Of a DNA stretch of 64,000 nucleotides, positions 56,010 to 64,000 are shown piece after piece (position 1 is the first letter of the stretch; the number at the start of each line of letters is the position of its first letter). The translations under genes and the position numbers were made by a program. This DNA comes from Abditibacterium sp. GTDB lineage: Bacteria > Armatimonadota > Abditibacteriia > Abditibacteriales > Abditibacteriaceae. The DNA lies in assembly GCA_965199495.1 (NCBI GenBank), contig CBDASK010000002.1, positions 1 through 64,000 of the forward strand, written 5' to 3'. The notes under the pieces were generated by a model, which was given only the letters and a program-made list of their open reading frames with translations, searched no databases and was not told the DNA's origin.

Positions 56010-57708
56010 TTCGTGCGCGTATCTTGGCGCGTTTGGTTCGCCGGTAAGCGTTTCGATCTGCGGTTCTTCGGGCTTCGTCGTCGCTTGGTGCCGGTGTCGG
56101 ATTGTTCATCCAATTCTCGACGGTGCGCGCCGCTTGCTTACGTCCGGTGATTTCGCGTAACATCTGCCAATCCCGTGGCATTTCGCCGCGCGTGATATGC
56201 GCGAACTCTTCTTCGACGCGGTGACAAAGTTTGGCAGCTTGTTCATGCGCTTCGCGCGCCTTGTTGTTTTGATGGGCGTTGACGTTTGCGTTTCCGTGCA
56301 TTTCGCGCGGCGCCTGAAACTCGGTCGCCACGCCATTGGTATAAACAAACATCTCGCGCGCCTTGTTATAAAGCGCGCATTGGTTCGCAAGCCTGTGGCT
56401 GTATTTGGGCGCCGTTCCTCTCATTACGACAAAGAACGCGGCGCGCACATTTTCGGGCGCCTGGTTCACGGCGCTGGCTTTGTCTCGCTCCTTCAACTTT
56501 TGCAGCAAAGTCGCGTGTGCCTGGGCTTGTGCGTGTTCGGGTGTGCCTTCAATGCTGTTTATCGCGTGTTCTGCGGCGCGCAAACGCTCACTCGCGGCGG
56601 TTATCTCTGGCTTCATAGCGTCCGCGCCCAACGAATGCCACGCGGCTAAGGCATCGTTATATTCGGCGCGCGCGGCGTGTTCGTCGGTCGGGTCGTCCTG
56701 TGACGCTGCGGCGTCCTTAAACTCGTTGCGTCGGCGGTGCAAGTCGTTCCAATATGCGCTCGTTAGTTCTGGCAAAACTTCATCGAACGCGGTGCGCGTG
56801 CAAATTGAACGGATGTTTAACCCTGCTGCGCGCATCGCTTCAAGGGCTTGCCATGCAGAAAATTCGCCAAAATAATCATCGTGGTAAAACGGGTTTTCGA
56901 CATCAAATTCTTTCTCGTGCTGGCGGCGCATATCGGCCAAAACGAGCGCCGCGCGGTATTTTTCCAGCAGAAATTTCTTATCCATTTCGAGTTGGCCCTC
57001 TGGATTGGCTTCGGCGCGCTCTTTCAAGTCGGCCAAATAGTTATCGAGATTGGCGGTGATTGCGGCGCGTTGTGCGCGGTCGGTGGCAAAATAAAACTCT
57101 TCGGCTGCGCGTTCGCTGGGCGCGATTATGCCGCGTTCTAAGCGGGTTTCGATTATCTGGTTTTGGCGTGCCTCAAGGTTGCTCACGGCTTGCTCGGTCG
57201 CGTCGGGCGTTGGTTCGTCTTCCGGCATCACGTAAACGCTGGCGAATTTCTCCGCGAAAATTTTATCTTTGAAAACAAAGCCTTGCGGGTTGCTCTGGTA
57301 TTTGCCGTGACAAACACGGGCGCCGTCTGTGAGACGTTGCAACTCGTTGGCGCTCGTGCGCTCGTCAATGGCTACAAAGTGGGTGTTGTTGGTCATGGTA
57401 TAGGTCTCCGTGCTGGTGTTGGTGCTGGTCGGTTCGGGCGTTGGCTCTGGGGTTGATTCGATCCGGGAAAAGTTGCACAAATTGAACAAGTGTTTACCGG
57501 CTTCGCGCGCGATTTCTTTCAATGCTTTCACATTCGCCGCGTCCGTCCAATTCAGGGAGTTTTCTTCTTCGTCGGTCGCAGGGACTGTTACGACGTGGGC
57601 AAATTGATATTTGGCGCGCTTGTTTTTAGCGTTCTGATTCTGGCGAAATATAATAATTTCTGGCGCTGGTGTTGTCGTGGTTTCGGGCGTGGTGGTGGTG
57701 TTGTTCAT
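55987..57708 (-). CDS. multi-module hypothetical protein
   Basis: Long ORF with an internal gene-start-like motif at 57396. Confidence 0.7.
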   Translation of the reverse strand: MNNTTTTPETTTTPAPEIIIFRQNQNAKNKRAKYQFAHVVTVPATDEEENSLNWTDAANVKALKEIAREAGKHLFNLCNFSRIESTPEPTPEPTSTNTSTETYTMTNNTHFVAIDERTSANELQRLTDGARVCHGKYQSNPQGFVFKDKIFAEKFASVYVMPEDEPTPDATEQAVSNLEARQNQIIETRLERGIIAPSERAAEEFYFATDRAQRAAITANLDNYLADLKERAEANPEGQLEMDKKFLLEKYRAALVLADMRRQHEKEFDVENPFYHDDYFGEFSAWQALEAMRAAGLNIRSICTRTAFDEVLPELTSAYWNDLHRRRNEFKDAAASQDDPTDEHAARAEYNDALAAWHSLGADAMKPEITAASERLRAAEHAINSIEGTPEHAQAQAHATLLQKLKERDKASAVNQAPENVRAAFFVVMRGTAPKYSHRLANQCALYNKAREMFVYTNGVATEFQAPREMHGNANVNAHQNNKAREAHEQAAKLCHRVEEEFAHITRGEMPRDWQMLREITGRKQAARTVENWMNNPTPAPSDDEARRTADRNAYRRTKRAKIRARNDAATVR

Positions 57709-57750
57709 GGTTTGGTTTCCTGTTGGTTTGGGTTGTGTTTCGATCTGAAA

Positions 57751-60700
57751 TTATTCGGCGCTCGGATGGGTGCGCTCGACTGAAATGCGAAACGCAATTT
57801 GTGGTTCTTGGGCGCGCAGTTCGTTAATTTTGGCGTGCGCGTCTTCTCGGTCTGTGGCGTCTGCGGCGGTTTTCCAATGGCCGTTAGAGAATCCCACGAC
57901 TGAAAACTGGTCGCGAGTTTTTCGGCGGTAGCGTTTGGGGTCGGTCTGGCTGTATAGTTCGGCTACGAATGCCGTATCTCCGATTCGTGTCGCGTTGGCT
58001 GCGACTTCTGCAATCCAGCGCGCGACGGCTCGCAAGTCGTCGGGCGTGCCCGATTTGGCGATTTCTCGGAGTGCGGCGCGCGTGGCTTTGGTGGCGGCGT
58101 CGCTGCGTTCGGTTTCGGTGCGCTCGTTCATTTCCTGCGCGGTGGTGGTGATGTTCATGTGGTTTTATGCTCCTTTGTTGCCTCTGGCGGCTTCTGCTGC
58201 TTGCATCGCTTTCTCGAAATCGGCAAGCGCGCTCACGGCTGCGCGCAAAATTTGCGGGGTGCAAAGTGGCGGGTTTTCGGCGTATAGCGGTTTAAATTCC
58301 TTTGAGGCGCGGCGATAGTGAACGGCGTGGCGGAATCGCTTTTCGTGGGTTTCGTGAACTTGAAACATCGCCTTAACTCCTTCGGTTTCCGGCGTTCTGT
58401 GCCAGGGGCGGCAATGGGCGCCATTATAAATCACCTGTCTAATTTCGTAGGCGATAGACGAATGAAGTTTTTCGTATTCGTCGGATTTCGATGCTTGCGG
58501 CGTCTGGTTAATTCTCTCAAGCAATATGGTGGCGGTTTCGCTGGTTATGAGTTGTGTGTTTTGCATGGTGGTATTTTGGCCGCGTATAGCAGCTAAAGCG
58601 CGGTGGCGTCTCGCTCGCCGTGCCGGTCGTTCCGGTGCCGCGTTGGGTGTTTGGTCGGTGTTATTTGGCGGCGCGCTTTTGCTTGTGGCGGTAGATTGCG
58701 CGGCTCGTCTGGTCGTCTCCTGTCCAGTTTTGCGCGTTGCGATTGGTTTTTATGCAGTTGGCGCGTTGTTCTTTAAGCGCGATTGACGGGTAAAGTTTTA
58801 GCGGCACTCCGTTTACCGTATAACCCTCGCTTTCCAACTGCGCGACAACTTCAAGCGCAACCTCTTCTAAGCACTCGCCGCGCGCATATTCTTCGCCGTC
58901 AATGGCGCCTAAACTCTGATGTTCGCCCTTAAAGTCAATCGAGATAAACCAATAGTCGGGGCCGTCTTCGTAAACCTTTTTAATGGCGTCAATCTGGCGC
59001 GCGGTTTGAACTGCTACCATTTCGCGCGCAACTTGTTTGGATGCACCGGCTTTGCGGTAGCAAGCAAAATTCCCGGCGTCGGGGTCGCATGGCGCAATTA
59101 GGCGGTATCCCTCGCGTCCGGTGAAAATGCGCGCACGCGCGTCGCTCTGCGCGGAGTTGCCGTCTTTTAGCTCGTGGCCGTAAAATTCGTCATCCTCGAA
59201 TGGGTTGGCATCGTCGTCGCGCGTGATTTCTGCGGCGTCCAAGATGTTTTGAAACTCGACGGTCAAACCGGCGCTGGCGATTGCTTCCAGCTCATCCATT
59301 AAGTTATCGGTCGTCCAAAAAGTTGCTTCTTGCGCTTCGTCTGCGCTTTTGGAAAGGTGCGCAACTTGGGCGCGCTTCTCAGCAATAAAGGTGCGGAGTT
59401 GTTGGGCGGTTGTCTGTTCGGTCTGGTTGATGGTGGTGTTCATGTTGTTATTTTCCTTGCGTCGGATCGAAATTTTCTGATTTTCGACCTTTTCAGAGAA
59501 TGGCGCGCACACTCTGAAAAGGTCGCGCGCTCGGTATAGTCGGGCGCGCGACGGTGGGTTATTCGCCAAAGAAAAACTGCTGGCAATACTTCAAAAGCGT
59601 TTCCTCGTCGGCTTCGCGGTAGGTCGTCCAACTGGTAAACCAATCCTGCGCTTGTAACTGCGCCGTTATTGGCTCGCCGTGTTCGTTGAGTTCGCCAATA
59701 ATCTGCGTGGCTGGGCCTCCGGTTGATAGCAAGATTTTAAACTCGTCGGGGCTGGCTTCTGCGCCTGGTGTGTGCCACGCGCTGCGAACTTCGACACTTA
59801 GCGGGTCTTCCTGGATTGTTTCGCGGGCGTCGTCTTCGTCGGGCAAGGCGTCGAACGCGGCGCGCGCTGCGTTGGCGATTTCGCGCGCTTCCATTGCTAA
59901 TCCTCTTTCGTGCGAGGCTTCTTCTGCATTGTATTTTTCAGGGTCGTTTTCGGTATTCTCGCGCGCTTCCTCTTCGGCTGCGTCCGCTTCTTCTTCTGCG
60001 GTGTCTGCGGCGCTCTCTGCCTCGTCTGCGGCTTCTTCCAGTTCGGCGCGCTTGTCGGCATCGAGCGCGCTTACCATTTCGGCGATAGACGTATAGGCAT
60101 TGCGCCCGATTTCCTGCAGTTCGTTGGCTTGCGCCTGTTCGGTGGTCTGGGTGTTGTTGTTCATGTTGTTTACTCCTGCGTTTAAAGTCCGCTCGACTAA
60201 AAAGCGCGTGGCATCGCGATTGCCTTGGCGGTCGTTAGCCGCTCGCGCCTGTGGTGTTAAATCTTGATGCGCGCAACCTTCAAACGATAGGCGCCCTCTG
60301 GCGCGTTCTCGCGGTATTCTCTCAACGTGGCAAGTGCTTCGGCGCGCGTGTCGCTGGCGGTTAGTTCGTCGTAGCCGCATCCATAATTCCCCCAGATTTG
60401 AAACTCGTCGCGCGTTTTGCGCGGAGCCTTGGCAAAGCGGGCGCGCTCGGCTTGGGTTGCGCGCTCGGCGGCGATTTGCTCGCGGTCGCGTTGTTCGCGC
60501 GCTTCGTTATAGGCTTTTAGCGCGTCGGGGCTGGTGTTGCGATTGGCTTTCAGTTCAGAGATTTGTTTGCGGGTTATCATGGTTTGGTGTGTCCTGTGGG
60601 TTTGGGTTGTTGTGCGAGATCGAAATTATTTGGCGTTGATGCGTTTCAGTTCGGCGTCTTCCTGGTTGTCGCAAACTCGCAAGTCGCTCGGCTCACCGCT

Positions 60701-62756
60701 GCCTTCAATCATCGGGTTTGCTTCCCATAACTGCGCGCCGGTATCGTATCCCAAACGCTCAGCGATGCTGTATATCTCGTCCCACGCGTCGAAGTCGGCG
60801 CGGTCGGTGTAGTTCTCTTGAACGCGGGCTTTCCATCCGGTTGCGCCTGATTTGCAGATTGTGTTTTTCATGGTGTTAGGGTGCCTCTATAGGCAAAGGC
60901 GGCGCAACGTCTCGAACGTTGTGTATAGCTCCTTAAGCTCGCCGCGACGTTGGTGTTTAATTGTAAACCGGAAAATCGCCTTTTTCGTCGCGCCATTTTC
61001 CGTTTTGGATGCGCGAAACGACGCTCGCGCTAATCAGGATGCCGCGCGTTTTATCGTCGGCGCCCTCGCACAAGTCAAGCAAACAATATCCCTCGCGCGA
61101 CATTTTGATTAGCGCGCCGTCGCCGTATCCGCGTTTAGTGCCCGCCGTTTTCGCGCCGCGCACAGTCTCGAAAAACTCGTTGTTTCCAATTTTTTTCATG
61201 GTGGTATAGTGGCCTTCTCACTGGTATAGCCTCATCAGCAACCGCGAAACGGTTGGACGCCTCGCGGCGTTTCGGCTTGATTAGTTGGTGAACGTGACGC
61301 AATCGGCGCAGATAAAGCGGTTGCCTGTTGGGTTGCTGCCCTTGTATTCGTAGCCGTCCGCGCTGTGCTTGTGGCATCGGAAACATACTGGCAACTCGCT
61401 GGTATCGGGCATATCTTGCGGCTCGTAAAATAGCTCGTGCCATTGTTCGCCGCACTCGTCGCTGGCAATCGCTTGTCCGGCGTCGCCTTCCTCGTCGGTT
61501 TTGGTGAGAATCAATTCCTCGCGGTTTAACTCGTCGTCGTCATCGGCTTCGCTGGTGTCTCGAATGATGCTGGAATAAGACGCGATTTCAAAGAATCCGT
61601 CATCAAATTCGGGCGCGTTGCCGCTCTCGTCAATCAGCAGATAGGCTTCGCGATTTACGAAATGTTCGCCGCGCGTGGCTTGCATACTGTCGTCGTCATT
61701 GAATGTAAAAGTCCAGAGCGTTAAGCCGGTGACGGCTGCGGCTTGCTGCGCTTCCTGCATTTTGTTTAGTTCGCAATAAATTGCGGGAATTTGGGAGCCT
61801 TCGGTTGTGGTAAGGATGATGGTTTTCATGGTGGTAAATGTTGATTTGATCGAAATTTATTTCAGATTAAGCGCGCCCGCGAACCGGGCGCGCTGTTGGT
61901 TAAATAGAGAGTTCGGCCTCAAGCGCGTCAAGGCTGGCGCTGGTGTGGTCGTATGAATTGTGAATTGCTTCACGGGCGGCGGCGGCTCGGCGGTCGCTTT
62001 TGAGCAATTCGGCGCGGTCAATGTAGAATTGCGGCACCGGGCGGGCGGTATAGCGACTGGGGTTGTTGTCGGTCGGTTTGGAGAGGGTGAGTTTGTTATT
62101 CATGGTATCGGGTGCGCGCTCTTGGTTGGTTATCCAATGCTGCCACGAGGAGGCGGCGCGCTGGGCATCGTTGCCGCGTTTGCGGCGTGTTGGTTAGCAG
62201 CATTGCGTCCAACTGCCTTCGTAGTCGCCTTCGCCGCGAACATAGATAAGGTAATCGCCTTCTTTGCGGGCGTCGCTTTTGGCAAAAACTTGGTCAGCAT
62301 AGACAGCAAAGCCAAAATCTTCAATTACCCATTTTTCAAAATCCTCCTCGGTGTCAAGGACGGCGATGGGGCGCGATTCGTGCATTTCGGCTTCAAGGTC
62401 TTCGCTCAGGGTTTCGGTGTTAATGTTCATAGTGTTTTATCCTTCGCGCTCTTAGTTCCTATCAGTTCTAAACCCGCCAAGTAGGGGCGGCGCGTGGGTT
62501 CGTTGCCCCTTGCGGGGGCGGTTGATTAATAATCCATGTCTATTCCCATCGCCTCGCCAATAATCACGGCGGCATCGGTTTTCTCGTCGGCGCTGATAGC
62601 GCCAGCTCTTTCGATTACATTGCACGCATATTCGATGCATTCAGCGTTTTTGATGCTATATCCAGCATCGCGGAGCGCGGCACCAACTGCGGGCGCTTTG
62701 TCCGCACTGATATAGCGCGTTTGAATTCTCTGAGCTGGGTGTGTGTGGTTTGTCAT
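57751..62756 (-). CDS. array of small probable early genes (57751-58158, 58165-58566, 58661-59443, 59559-60164, 60257-60580, 60626-60871, 60957-61199, 61281-61829, 61900-62103, 62194-62430, 62526-62756)
   Basis: Co-oriented, non-overlapping ORFs with A/C-rich leaders, mostly ending ACCATG or ACATG. Confidence 0.7.
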
Positions 62757-62779
62757 GATGTTTTTTTAGCCTCGTCGGG

Positions 62780-63225
62780 CTAATTCAATGATATACGCGA
62801 TAACGCTGAATTAGTCCGCCAGCGATGTCGCTGGCGGCTCTTTCAATCGGAAACAGGCATCGCATAAAAGCCGGTCGCGCGGCTCGTTGGCCGTGCGTGC
62901 TGTCCGCTTCTGCCTGTTATTACGTTAGATGCCACGAATTTAAAATCAATCGTTCAAGATGCACTTAATGCGCTCACCTCATTGCATATTTCAGGTCTCA
63001 GAGAGTGTGAGCGCGTCTCCCGATTGATTCGAGTTTTCGCAGTTTCTAACGCCGTGTTTTCAATGTTCAAGGCTCGCCGGTTCCTACTCGTGGCAATCGC
63101 CGCTTTCGTCGCCTTCGCCTAATTGTGTGTCTCTGTCTGAGTTCGCCACAGTGGAGAGAAGCGGTTTGTCAGGCACAACCTGAGGTAGCTACTTTCCGAT
63201 TTGGGCGCCCTCTTTCGGGGACAAT
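62780..63225 (-). ncRNA. candidate large structured ncRNA or leader
   Basis: No ORF in the track; at least six perfect 7-9-nt long-range complementary pairs; directly below a strong promoter. Confidence 0.6.
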
Positions 63226-63229
63226 AGAA

Positions 63230-63258
63230 ATTTTACGGCATATCGCGATAGAAGTCAA
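63230..63258 (-). promoter_or_regulatory. strong sigma70-like promoter
   Basis: TTGACT-17bp-TAAAAT with an A/T-rich upstream tract. Confidence 0.8.
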
Positions 63259-63259
63259 C

Positions 63260-63920
63260 CCCTTTTTGGAAAATAAATAAAAAAAACTTTATCGTTACAA
63301 AATACGCCTTTCGCGCGCGTCTTATAATACGCCAAAGGATGAATAGGGAATTCCCTTATTGCGAGGCCATTATCATTATTATTGCGAATCAAGTCGCAAT
63401 AATATGTAATGATAATGATTGATTATGTTTGCTGATAGGTTAATGATGGCAATGAGTTGGAGTGTTGAGCGTGGAAGAAACTGCTTATTACAGTAATAGT
63501 GTAAAAATGTATCGGGGTGAATCATAGTCGTGAAGTCACTAAATAACTGTAATAACCGTTACATAATCAACACAAAACAACAGCGATTTAAGCGTGAATA
63601 GCGCAAAAATGCCGCTTTAAACTGAAACTTTATTAGTCTACCACAAAAGGCAAAATGTAAAAGTGCATTTTTTATTCAAAATATACAGGGAGCATCAAAC
63701 GTGTTTTAGCTTAATGCTTAATCGTATGTATTTAATAGAGAGAAAATGGCAAACGGCGTTACACTCGATACATTTTTACACTTTTGGCCTGTTTTACTGT
63801 AATTCTGAGCGTGAATGTAATTTTATTGAAAAGTGAATCAAAACATATCACGATTACATTAATACACTATTTTCTATTTCACGAAAAAATTACAAAGTGC
63901 ACTTTCTCTGTCTTTTTTGG
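63260..63920. other. AT-rich non-coding region, origin or control-region candidate
   Basis: Sharp GC drop, palindromes, short repeats. Confidence 0.45.
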
Positions 63921-64000
63921 CGATTGCTGGCGCCTGGGGGTGTGCCACGTCGCGGCTTTTCGGGCCGCGTGGCGCTTTGTGGATAGGAGTCTATCTGCTG

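Noticed and set aside
62780..63225. RNase P RNA, tmRNA or group I intron identity
   Set aside because: Only fragmentary resemblance (GGAAAGT, CCGGCTT); the diagnostic cores are not recognisable by eye
1..64000. CRISPR array, integrase or att site, IS element
   Set aside because: No regularly spaced repeats and no recombinase or transposase motifs recognised
1..64000. Host assignment
   Set aside because: Cannot be supported from the sequence alone without searches

Overview
The window looks like most of a tailed (siphovirus-type) phage genome. From left to right it holds: a nucleotide-metabolism and lysis block (RusA, two MazG-like paralogs, an intein-containing PAPS-reductase-like gene, an intein-containing papain-family protease, an M15-like endolysin, membrane proteins, an orphan receiver domain); packaging and head genes (TerL, portal, S49 protease, decoration, major capsid); a tail module (major tail, chaperones, 2400-aa tape measure, distal tail/hub/NlpC/tip) interleaved with many small accessory genes; a recombination/replication pair; a leftward array of probable early genes; and about 1.2 kb of non-coding DNA. 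I saw no integrase or CRISPR array. The strongest unexplained signals are: (1) a free-standing HNH gene inserted in the 5' end of the tail-tip gene, flanked by two synonymously different copies of that gene's first 18 codons; (2) a ~400-nt promoter-driven, pseudoknot-rich candidate ncRNA at 62.8-63.2 kb; (3) an ncRNA cassette with a tRNA-like gene whose anticodon arm is shrunken; (4) an intein at the catalytic Cys of a C1 protease; (5) repeated promoter cassettes and gene-start modules suggesting modular gene acquisition. All product calls come from motif recognition by eye and gene order, not database searches.
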